A stretch of 64,000 nucleotides of DNA from a virus, in IMG/VR virus record IMGVR_UViG_3300021138_002011, positions 56,534-120,533 of that record; one strand, written 5' to 3'. Below are positions 28,989 through 37,433 of this stretch, piece by piece. Under the pieces are notes generated by a model. The model was not told the origin of the DNA. It was given only the letters and a program-made list of their open reading frames with translations, and made no database searches. A program made the position numbers and the translations under genes. Numbering within the stretch: the stretch's first letter is position 1; the number at the start of each line of letters is the position of its first letter.

Positions 28989-29046
28989 GTTCTTATACTC
29001 CTGTCAATACAATGCTGTTGGCAGATGGTATCTGCCTAAAAAGACT

Positions 29047-29068
29047 GGGGAGGATTTTGGTCCTCCCC
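29047..29068. terminator. rho-independent terminator after gp32
   Basis: GGGGAGGA/TCCTCCCC stem flanked by A and T runs. Confidence 0.75.
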
Positions 29069-29083
29069 CTGTTTTTTGTCTAA

Positions 29084-30139
29084 TTACTTTTGCTGCTGAC
29101 GACGACGTATTGCAGCAATAATGTCATCAGGTGACTGCATCTTCGGCTTGTCCGCTGTTACGGTTGTGGCTGCCGGGGTAGCTGGCTCATCCCACGGTGG
29201 CGAAGTTTCTTCGCTAGCCGCAGGCTTTGATGGCAACCGATTAAGGATTGAGCTTGCAGTGACCTTTGGTGCTGCAACCGTTGTAACATTGGTTGTAGCA
29301 TCGCTTGAGTCGTTCTCAGATCCATTGCTATCAAGACGCATACCGTTAGGACGATAAAACTGTCCCCACTTGTCTACGTCATACAACTCTTCATTTACGC
29401 TTGCTGTAAAAAGCTCCATGATTGCATTGAGATGTGCATCGTCTGGCTTCTTAGGAAGGAAACTAGAAAGATTCCAAAGTCCATGCTGTGCAATCGCATT
29501 GCGCTCGTCGTCAGTTAACGGACGTTCTTTCATAGCCCACTTGCTGCTGGCATAGTTTGCATAGCCGCCTTTAGTAGTTTTGAGAAGGTAGAAATCGCGT
29601 CCGTGGTCATAATCAGTAGGACTATTTTCAAGATCCTGATCCATTAGGATTGACTTAATAACATCAAACACAGATGGATTAATGATAAATCTACGGATTG
29701 GATTGGCGGGTTCTTGATCATCCTTGTTTGGATTCGAAGTGACAAAACCTTGGAATAGATAGCTCTTTTTCTTGTAGTATTTGCGAGCCATATCTTCCAA
29801 GCTTTTGTCTTTCCACCATGGGCGAATCTCGGCTGTAATTGGGCAAGAATTAGGCTTCCACATATCGGTACATGGAACTTGTACCTCAACAGGCTTACCT
29901 GTTACGTCGCCTTTAACACCAGGGAATGGAAGTTTAATAATAAGGCGTTCGAGCCAAAAGAAGTCGTTTGTTTCGTCGCCGTCTGGAAGGAAGCGCAACG
30001 TTGCACTTGAGCCTTCAGGATTGTTCCAGAATGGATAGATAGCGTTATCGCCGCCGAAGCCGCTGCCGTTCTTGGCGCGGTCTTTGTTAGCTTGCTGTGC
30101 TAGCAGCTTAGCTTGGATTTCTTTAAATGTTAATGCCAT
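29084..30139 (-). CDS. gp32: single-stranded DNA-binding protein (gp32-like)
   Basis: LRFLP, C..CP, G.DF.L.K.KGGYANY..S.W motifs; low-complexity C-terminal tail. Confidence 0.9.
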   Translation of the reverse strand: MALTFKEIQAKLLAQQANKDRAKNGSGFGGDNAIYPFWNNPEGSSATLRFLPDGDETNDFFWLERLIIKLPFPGVKGDVTGKPVEVQVPCTDMWKPNSCPITAEIRPWWKDKSLEDMARKYYKKKSYLFQGFVTSNPNKDDQEPANPIRRFIINPSVFDVIKSILMDQDLENSPTDYDHGRDFYLLKTTKGGYANYASSKWAMKERPLTDDERNAIAQHGLWNLSSFLPKKPDDAHLNAIMELFTASVNEELYDVDKWGQFYRPNGMRLDSNGSENDSSDATTNVTTVAAPKVTASSILNRLPSKPAASEETSPPWDEPATPAATTVTADKPKMQSPDDIIAAIRRRQQQK

Positions 30140-30259
30140 TGTGTGTGCCTCCTTTGTGTGCCTAATAATGGTCTAAGACAATAGTAGATCATCGTTCTGT
30201 TCTACTACTGACAATAGTATTTATACTAATCGGCTTGTGCAAATTTAAAAATGGCAAAA

Positions 30260-30283
30260 AAATCCGGTCTGTTGACCGGATTT
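30260..30283 (-). terminator. rho-independent terminator
   Basis: AAATCCGGTC/GACCGGATTT stem with a U tract on the minus strand, right after the 30287 stop. Confidence 0.75.
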
Positions 30284-30286
30284 CTA

Positions 30287-32689
30287 TTAAATTCCTGCTA
30301 AGTGTTTAATTCTTTTTATATTTTCAGACTCTGTCATATGTGAATACTTTTTAATAAACATGGCAGTTGCATGGCCCGGCGGGTCATACGGCATATTAAG
30401 ATTTTCAATATGTTTAAAAGTGTCGCCAGTTTGTTGATAAACATCATACTCGTTTTTTACAGTTCGAGACTCGTACCTGTCTCTGTCCCAAACAAGATAG
30501 TAGTTACCTATTTTTAAAATTGCCTCGCCAGGCACGCCGGGAATAAATCTAATGTCCGATTCTGCTTCTTCTACACTATGGTGTCCAGCACTTGACAACC
30601 CGCTGCCGTCGCACAAACGACATGTTTTACCGCGATGTGTACCGCTGCCGTCGCATACATGACAGGGGTTGTCACTGCCAACAGAACTTTCTTCATTCAT
30701 TGCAGCGTAGTCATCATAATCGATATAGAAGTCACTGTCAGGATCGTAATACTTGCCTTCTTTTGGATCATAATAAACCACTTTACCAACCTTGGTCATG
30801 AATGGTCCTTCCAATCCAGCTCGAGATTGATATCTATCTGTGTCAATAGGTTTGGCTATTGACCAACCTTCGTTGATATTTTCATCGGCTGTATCCTCTT
30901 CTAAATCGCTGTCAGCAGCGGTGTCGTCTTTTATAGGTTCGCCAAAGTTCCAGCGTTTTGCACGCTGCTCCTTATTGTACACAATTTCTTCTTTGCGTTC
31001 CCGGTCCTTTTGTGCAACACCATACGCATCGCCTTCGTCGACATTTTCATCATCTGTCACAAGGGTTTCATATATCATCTTAAACCCTTTGTGATTCTCG
31101 CAATGGCTGAATCCATGTTTACGTCCATTTCCATGAAATCTTTCACCACAGTTTGAGCACCATATTATGTCATCTTTTGTAGGTTCACCATGATCTTCTT
31201 CCGCTAAGCTATCGCCAAATTGTGAAACGAATAATCTATGGTGTTCCTTTGCTAATTTTTCTTTGGCAACGGCTAGTTTCTTTCTTTCTGCTGAGATGCC
31301 AGGCGGAAGCTGTTTTTCTTTGCGCTCAATGTCAGCTATCAGTTTTTTAAGGGTTTTTAGCCTGTCATAATTCTCAGTTATGTCTGCATTATCACCATAA
31401 TCTGTGTTGGCCGGATCTTCAGCAAAAATAGCTTCTGGAGAAAATTTATTTAGAAATTCATCTAGCTCAACCTCTTCTGGAAGAACAGTTTCTTCAGACT
31501 GTACGCTGCTGCTGGCAATAGCTTCGCGAACTAAATTGAGGTCTTCGTCAGTTGGTTTAATATTAGACGCGATCATTCCTGCAATTTCGGATAATCTTGC
31601 TGACGCACGGGGGTCGGCACATGCATCTGCAAGTTCGCGTATCTGCCAATGTAGTCGTTCAAGGACCTTGCGATTGTCAGGCACGGCGGCGATGTTAGGC
31701 TTGCGATGCCATGAGAATGTTATAGGTGTTGGTTGATTATCAACTGCTCCTAGATATTTGGCAGCAACCCCTAGGTCTGCATAGGCAGGGTCGTGTTGCC
31801 CGCAAGAACATTCTTCTGATAATTTTTGCCATAAACTGTCTGTCGACTGTTCGTCGAGAACCATGGACTGGCTAGCTAGTATGCTTTCTGCATTGGAATA
31901 GCCTTTTGAACCATGCAAGCTTGTAAGACGTCGATTAATTCCGTCCATGCTTTTGCGAACACCTACTGTCCATTCCGATACAACTTGATGCTGACGCATT
32001 GTATGTGCTGCTCGGCGCAAACTAATATAATCTGCGCTAAGGGATATAATGCCCTCGGCAATAGAATCATAATTAGTGCCGCCGTTGCTAATGTGTCGTG
32101 CAAATGCTCTAGCTCCGCTCATATGTAAGTGAGGATAAGCAAATCTTTCGCCTGTTTTGTTTTCGACAAATAAAGCACGTATATGACGTGTACGAGCACC
32201 TGTTTTTTCTTCATTTATTGCGTCTGTATGTCGTATAATCAGTTTAGCTTCGCCTATACGCTGGAAGGAGCTTTTAGTGGTACCAAACCACTTACCGACA
32301 TCCTTACTTTCTTTGATGTTATTCACTGCTTCCTCCTTTGGGTCTATTTCTTTGTCAAAAACTTGCCAAACAACTTTTATACCTTCTTTCTGTCCCACCG
32401 ATTTACGTATATGATTCCGTATTTGATGAACTTTTTTAAAGTCTACGTCGTCTTTTAGGTTGGGTGTTTTTATATTAATATAACTGTATTGTCCACGATC
32501 GTGTAGTGCTACAAGAATGGCAAAATTATCTAATTTAGGATTATGGCTAGCAAGTGTACCAAAAAATCTAGTAGCATCATCTGGATCTATTGTTTCATTA
32601 CCAGCTTTGTCATACATAGTCAGCTTTTTACAAGAACCTTTGACGATTCCGTAAATTTTATCTGTAACCACCGACCAGTTGTGACCCAT
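30287..32689 (-). CDS. large modular protein, probable head-associated protein
   Basis: 800 aa; C-terminal string of short modules (CSNC..H.C, GLEGPF..YYDPKEGKYYD, CxxCxGxG x2) ending RIKHLAGI; TAAATA upstream. Confidence 0.75.
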   Translation of the reverse strand: MGHNWSVVTDKIYGIVKGSCKKLTMYDKAGNETIDPDDATRFFGTLASHNPKLDNFAILVALHDRGQYSYINIKTPNLKDDVDFKKVHQIRNHIRKSVGQKEGIKVVWQVFDKEIDPKEEAVNNIKESKDVGKWFGTTKSSFQRIGEAKLIIRHTDAINEEKTGARTRHIRALFVENKTGERFAYPHLHMSGARAFARHISNGGTNYDSIAEGIISLSADYISLRRAAHTMRQHQVVSEWTVGVRKSMDGINRRLTSLHGSKGYSNAESILASQSMVLDEQSTDSLWQKLSEECSCGQHDPAYADLGVAAKYLGAVDNQPTPITFSWHRKPNIAAVPDNRKVLERLHWQIRELADACADPRASARLSEIAGMIASNIKPTDEDLNLVREAIASSSVQSEETVLPEEVELDEFLNKFSPEAIFAEDPANTDYGDNADITENYDRLKTLKKLIADIERKEKQLPPGISAERKKLAVAKEKLAKEHHRLFVSQFGDSLAEEDHGEPTKDDIIWCSNCGERFHGNGRKHGFSHCENHKGFKMIYETLVTDDENVDEGDAYGVAQKDRERKEEIVYNKEQRAKRWNFGEPIKDDTAADSDLEEDTADENINEGWSIAKPIDTDRYQSRAGLEGPFMTKVGKVVYYDPKEGKYYDPDSDFYIDYDDYAAMNEESSVGSDNPCHVCDGSGTHRGKTCRLCDGSGLSSAGHHSVEEAESDIRFIPGVPGEAILKIGNYYLVWDRDRYESRTVKNEYDVYQQTGDTFKHIENLNMPYDPPGHATAMFIKKYSHMTESENIKRIKHLAGI

Positions 32690-32716
32690 TATAATCTCCG
32701 TTTATAGATATAGTAT

Positions 32717-34429
32717 TTAGCTGATCATTACAGAGAATGGTAACGGGTCACGCTGTTCGTTTGTATCGCCATCAAACACGTCTTTAAGAAGCTCACCTAC
32801 TCTGTCGTCCCAATTTGTAACCATTTGCATCATGCGAATGCAGAGTATAGTACTCATAACGCAATCGTCGTGTTCGCCTTGTTTGGCCGCAAAACTATCG
32901 CCTTTACTTACAAAAAATTTCAGTTGTTTAACAAGAAGTTTGCTGTTAATTTTAAGTCGATTGCCTTCAAGAAGACTTTTCAGTTTCAGGCAAGCTTGTG
33001 CTTTTGAGCGTCCGTTGGTGTTAAGTCCTTTGCGATATCTAACTAACCCAGTTTTTCGAGGCTCGTTTAACAACTGTCCCATGAAATTTTCTTCGCCAAT
33101 GTCATTAACAGATTGTATAGCAGCTTCTCCCAAAGTATTATTTTCAAAAGTAAAATATATGTCCGGCTCGCCTTTATAACCTTGCTTTTTAACTTCTGTA
33201 TACAATGTATTAATTATAATTTGCATGGTACGTACTTGGTTCGGAATGCTTACTCTGTTGCTAGTCCATTCAGCTACTTGAACCATGTCGGGTATGCTAT
33301 ACACTTGGATGCATGCAGGGTCTTTGTTTACTCCCGCACTAGGATCAAGGCTTACAATATACGTCTTATCAAGAGATATTTTTTCATACCATCTAACTTC
33401 GGCTGTTTTGAAAAGTGGCTCTATGCCTTTTAAACGCTGTAGTGTTAGACTGTTTACCAATGTACTTTCTTCGCCTGCAAATTGGCATTCATATTCACGC
33501 TGGAAACGTTCTGCGCCAATTTTTGCCCGCTCAATTGCTGCCCACGCATCGTCTCGGCCAGGTACGTCACTGTAGCGTGCGCTAAAACCTTTAAACCCAT
33601 TAATACCAACGCCGTTTGGAATCTCGTTGCCGTGTTCATCGATTGTGTTGATTGCCCCAAACCACAGCTCGGCAAAAGTGTCCTCGTCACTGGCAGGAGT
33701 AGATGTTATTATGCATTTTCCGCCTGTTGCTAATGTAGGTGCCATAGCTGTCCAGAATTCCACAGCTACACGAGGTCGTACATAGGCAAACTCGTCTAAG
33801 TACAACAGACTAATACTCATACCACGACCGCTATCTGGTGTAGTAGTGGTAGCTACAATTCTTGAGCCGTTGTCAAACCGTATACTTGTTACGTTGTATT
33901 CTGTAACGCCTGCACGTATATGGTCTGGCATTTCTTCGTATGCGTATTTGATACGCATCATAATTTCATTTGCTGCTTTGAATTTGTTAGCAGCAATTAA
34001 CACTGTCACATCGTCATTGTACATAGCATACCACAGCAAATAACCTGCAGCAGTGGTGGTATTATGGCTAAGTATACCGTTGCTATAATACCTGTGATCA
34101 ACATTATTAACCGACACATCGTACATATTTTCCATTGCGGCAGTTTGTATAACTGATCGCACCGACACTGCCCCACAATCAGTTTGTACACGATGCTGCG
34201 GTGTAAGATCTTTAACAAAAATTTCAGCATGATTTTCATCAAATACAATATGATTATCAGCACATTGCAACCGATATCCATTGTCTAATACCATGTCATA
34301 AACTTGATATTCAACAGTTTTTGATATTTCTACACAAGGTTGCCAGCCAGAATCAGTAAGTATGTCCCAGTCATCTAACGAAATTTGATCGACAAATTTA
34401 CGATCTACGTTTTCAGAAATTCTATGCAT
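32717..34429 (-). CDS. terL: terminase large subunit C-terminal part, beginning with a long split-intein IntC
   Basis: IntC ends GILSHN/T; YLDEFA Walker B, ITSTP, FQREYEC, SLDPSAG, HDDCVM nuclease motifs. Confidence 0.95.
   Translation of the reverse strand: MHRISENVDRKFVDQISLDDWDILTDSGWQPCVEISKTVEYQVYDMVLDNGYRLQCADNHIVFDENHAEIFVKDLTPQHRVQTDCGAVSVRSVIQTAAMENMYDVSVNNVDHRYYSNGILSHNTTTAAGYLLWYAMYNDDVTVLIAANKFKAANEIMMRIKYAYEEMPDHIRAGVTEYNVTSIRFDNGSRIVATTTTPDSGRGMSISLLYLDEFAYVRPRVAVEFWTAMAPTLATGGKCIITSTPASDEDTFAELWFGAINTIDEHGNEIPNGVGINGFKGFSARYSDVPGRDDAWAAIERAKIGAERFQREYECQFAGEESTLVNSLTLQRLKGIEPLFKTAEVRWYEKISLDKTYIVSLDPSAGVNKDPACIQVYSIPDMVQVAEWTSNRVSIPNQVRTMQIIINTLYTEVKKQGYKGEPDIYFTFENNTLGEAAIQSVNDIGEENFMGQLLNEPRKTGLVRYRKGLNTNGRSKAQACLKLKSLLEGNRLKINSKLLVKQLKFFVSKGDSFAAKQGEHDDCVMSTILCIRMMQMVTNWDDRVGELLKDVFDGDTNEQRDPLPFSVMIS
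34061..34429 (-). mobile_element. atypically split intein IntC (123 aa)
   Basis: Contains ILTDSGW, block B CADNH, MYDVSV..HRYYSNGILSHN; Thr +1. Confidence 0.9.
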
Positions 34430-34705
34430 TGTTTTATGATTTTTTCAGGGTTTGATTTATAGTCCGATTCCCAGACTATCATTACGTCGTAGCCATTTGC
34501 TATGGCTGTATTTATTTTGTTATTATCTCTATTACGTATTTCATTAAACGATAATCGTGCATATGGGCACACATATGTCTCGTCATACATAGTTGGGTTA
34601 GCATGCCAAAAATTACCATTGTATTCTATAATTTTATTACCAAAAGATATATCGTACAAATAAACAGGCTTAGGTTTCTTTTGGTTTTTCTGTATTTTGG
34701 GCCGG
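34405..34705 (-). pseudogene. truncated Vsr-like homing endonuclease
   Basis: YDISF..IIEYNGNFWHANP..RDNNK..VMIVWESDY..QCIEFLKT; the N-terminal repeats seen in 12618..13397 are missing. Confidence 0.75.
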
Positions 34706-35098
34706 CCGGATATATTGGCTAATGTCGGGCAAGGTAGTACCTTCACGCATACAAGCTGCCCATTCGTAGTAGATTCCGATCGGTATGTCATATATGTTTC
34801 CTGTAGATTGCTGTTTAATAGTAATTATAGTAATATTTGTAAGACATTTCCCACTTTGTCTAGGAATCATTGCTATAGTATTTCTATTTTTCCAATATGT
34901 ATGAATCAATTCTCGTTGAAACTGATATGCTTCAAATTGCATTTTGCCTTTCAGTGGATGCTGTATACACATAAAGTGTTCCATAAAATACAAAGGATTC
35001 AACTGGCAGTTAGCAAGTTCAGTAAATTGTGCTTGTGTAAGTGTTATTTTCTTACCAGCCGGCTTTAGTTTTTCAAATTCAGTCGTATTTTTACCCAT
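34670..35098 (-). CDS. terL: terminase large subunit N-terminal part, ending in a short IntN
   Basis: NPLYF, YQFQ, PRQSGK/CLTN: Walker A interrupted by intein block A. Confidence 0.92.
   Translation of the reverse strand: MGKNTTEFEKLKPAGKKITLTQAQFTELANCQLNPLYFMEHFMCIQHPLKGKMQFEAYQFQRELIHTYWKNRNTIAMIPRQSGKCLTNITIITIKQQSTGNIYDIPIGIYYEWAACMREGTTLPDISQYIRPAQNTEKPKET
34673..34846 (-). mobile_element. atypically split intein IntN (58 aa, about 30-aa core)
   Basis: CLTNITIITIKQQSTGNIYDIPIGIYYE...; lacks block B, which lies in the IntC. Confidence 0.85.
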
Positions 35099-35253
35099 GT
35101 GTCTCTCAATTCAAGGAGATCATTACATCAGTTGATCTATACGATTTTGTATAACCTCCTGATATACTTATGAGTACTTTTGATATCATAGCATCTATGT
35201 ATGCAAATGACGGCAGGAATTTGTATGGTTTCGCACGATCTGGTATGAAGTTA

Positions 35254-35301
35254 TTAAATGATCAACCATCCTGTAAAAACACAGGATGGTTGATCATTTA
35301 A
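35254..35301. repeat. perfect 21-bp inverted repeat
   Basis: TTAAATGATCAACCATCCTGT-aaaaac-ACAGGATGGTTGATCATTTAA. Confidence 0.9.
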
Positions 35302-35397
35302 CAGTGTACTTGCAATACCGTATGCTCAATCAAAGTAATAAGCATAAGTTATATCCGATGACTTACGCAATTGCGTTGTTGGACTGCCGGCTGCTTT

Positions 35398-36141
35398 TCA
35401 CTTGAAAGCGTATTGCCTCACAATAGTACTCATAGGGCTATGACTGCCGTCATCCACAGGCTCTTCGTCACTAAGTGGATCCTTGTCAAAACTGGGCTTT
35501 GTTGGGTCGCTTAACGGACTCATAACGCCAGTGTCATTTTCGCGTTCTGTCTCTGCTAGATATTGTGCATAATCAGAAGCTAACTTGTTGTGTAGTTCTT
35601 GTATCAGGCCATTATCGCCCGGGCTTCCCTTAATTCTTTGAGGATTTTCAACTGCTTGCCATATAAGGTCAATTTCGTCAACTTCCTCACCTTCGTCTTT
35701 AAATTTACGATGGCCATAGTCGTATTCGGCTACGTCTTCGTCAAGAGATAGCATTTCGTCCATTTCTTGCTGCATAGTATCATCTATGTCGTTGTCAATG
35801 TTGTCGTCAATGTTATCGTCAATGTTATCGTCAGCATCCATTGCCATGTCACTTGGCACGTCTGTTACCGGACGTGCAGGAACTGCCATTCCAGCATTCT
35901 TACGCATGACATCCATGTCTGTGTCAAATTCTGCACCTGTGTCGTTGGCTGACATTGTGTCGGCCCTTGCAACCGGTGTAGCTGAAATAGGGTTTACTGT
36001 AGCAACAACTGTGCTAGTTGGGGTGCTTGGTTCTATAATACCTGCCAGTTGAACAATACGAGCCACTTCATCTGCATTTACACTAAGAACGTTGATATCG
36101 GTTGTGTCGCTTGTAACCGAAAGTTTATATTTTCTTTCCAT
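35398..36141 (-). CDS. acidic hypothetical protein (prohead core/scaffold-like)
   Basis: Very D/E-rich, DDNI x4 repeat, RIVQLAGI motif. Confidence 0.7.
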   Translation of the reverse strand: MERKYKLSVTSDTTDINVLSVNADEVARIVQLAGIIEPSTPTSTVVATVNPISATPVARADTMSANDTGAEFDTDMDVMRKNAGMAVPARPVTDVPSDMAMDADDNIDDNIDDNIDNDIDDTMQQEMDEMLSLDEDVAEYDYGHRKFKDEGEEVDEIDLIWQAVENPQRIKGSPGDNGLIQELHNKLASDYAQYLAETERENDTGVMSPLSDPTKPSFDKDPLSDEEPVDDGSHSPMSTIVRQYAFK

Positions 36142-36142
36142 G

Positions 36143-36931
36143 TTAATTTTTCTCCACTGGTTGTACCATTTGTTTGGCTTTACCCGTCTTTGGATCCTTT
36201 ACAAATTTCACTTTAGGTATGGAGTTGTCTGACATGGTGCCTTTGCTGTTTACATAGTAGTTGTCAATAGGTTCTTTGTTGCCACCTTTTGTAACAGGCT
36301 TTGGTGTGTTAAATTGTGCATTAAAGTCGCTGGTATCTTGCATAGGTTCACCCGGTTCAATGTCTTCCATTTGTAGCCAGCTGAATAATGGAGCAGATGG
36401 ATGTACTTCCATACTTGGCCGAGAATCTGCTACTCCTGCTAGATATTTGAGCAGTCCTTTGTTATATTCATTTCCAAACAGTTGACCAGCTGGTGGTTGT
36501 TCAGCTGCGTCGTATTCTCTGTTGGTACTAAGTCTAGCTGCATGCTCGTCGCCAGAGTTTTCAGCTTCTTTGTCTGCAAGACGGTTCCATACATCGTACT
36601 CAGCATAGCGTTCTATTGGCTCGCTAGCACCGCGTACTACTATGTACTTTTCAGGTATGTTTGAGCACAAGCGTAAATCTTGTTGCAGAATATACGAAAC
36701 TGCAGGAGTTCCAATAGTAAAGGACATTTTATAAACATCTTTGTTGGGAATATCGATAAAATCTTTATGATCGTCTACTATTTTTTCTGGAGGAGTAATT
36801 GCTCTAAGCTCATATCTTTTTAGCCATTCTCCGATTATCTGTACTTGCTCTTCAGTTGGTTGCTGAGAAAATTTAATCACATAGTTGTGATCCTTTGAAC
36901 TCTCAGCAAGGTATTCCTTAAAATTCTTCAT
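36143..36931 (-). CDS. hypothetical head-associated protein
   Basis: N-terminus MKNFKEYLAES closely resembles the T4 capsid-targeting sequence MKTYQEFIAE. Confidence 0.7.
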   Translation of the reverse strand: MKNFKEYLAESSKDHNYVIKFSQQPTEEQVQIIGEWLKRYELRAITPPEKIVDDHKDFIDIPNKDVYKMSFTIGTPAVSYILQQDLRLCSNIPEKYIVVRGASEPIERYAEYDVWNRLADKEAENSGDEHAARLSTNREYDAAEQPPAGQLFGNEYNKGLLKYLAGVADSRPSMEVHPSAPLFSWLQMEDIEPGEPMQDTSDFNAQFNTPKPVTKGGNKEPIDNYYVNSKGTMSDNSIPKVKFVKDPKTGKAKQMVQPVEKN

Positions 36932-36952
36932 GTTAGGCGGCTCCTATGTTTC

Positions 36953-37417
36953 TTATTTATCATTGCCGCTCATTTGGCGTAGCTGTTTTAGTATTTCGTT
37001 ACGATCGAGTGCAACAGCAGTACCATCGAGTGTTGTGTTTTCAGGTGCAGTCTGTTTATCTAGTTTCATTTTGTCTAATTGCAAACGCAACAGTTTTAGT
37101 TTTTTCTCTACTTTATTATTTTTAGCATCCACTGCAATTTTCAGCATTTGGCTAGAACTTGAAAATATTTCCCCGGCGTGCCGAACTTCAACATTCATAC
37201 CCAGTTCTTGCAGATCTTTGTGTGCGTTTATAGCTAAATTTGCAAGCTCGTCCATTTCGCTGTCGTGCGTGTCGTAGCCGTTCATTTGATCAAATTGTTT
37301 TTCAAGATTGGTGGCTTGTTCCAACGCCTCCTGGATGTCATTGGAGGTGGTTTCCACAATTGAATCCATGTCAGGCAAGTCAAACGCATCTTCTAGCTTA
37401 TTGAATGTTTTTCCCAT
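36953..37417 (-). CDS. terminase small subunit (gp16-like)
   Basis: 154-aa helical protein, RHAGEIF..MLK and LDRNEILKQL tail; near terL. Confidence 0.6.
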   Translation of the reverse strand: MGKTFNKLEDAFDLPDMDSIVETTSNDIQEALEQATNLEKQFDQMNGYDTHDSEMDELANLAINAHKDLQELGMNVEVRHAGEIFSSSSQMLKIAVDAKNNKVEKKLKLLRLQLDKMKLDKQTAPENTTLDGTAVALDRNEILKQLRQMSGNDK

Positions 37418-37433
37418 GTGATTATTTACTAGC

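Noticed and set aside
34706-34791. Track start of the 128-aa ORF 34405..34791 as an intact nuclease gene
   Set aside because: Its first ~30 codons are the off-frame reading of the TerL IntN; nuclease-like sequence starts only near 34700
35099-35397. tRNA genes in the larger intergenic gaps
   Set aside because: No cloverleaf or T-loop GTTCRA with matching stems seen by eye; tRNAscan-SE would be needed to exclude them fully
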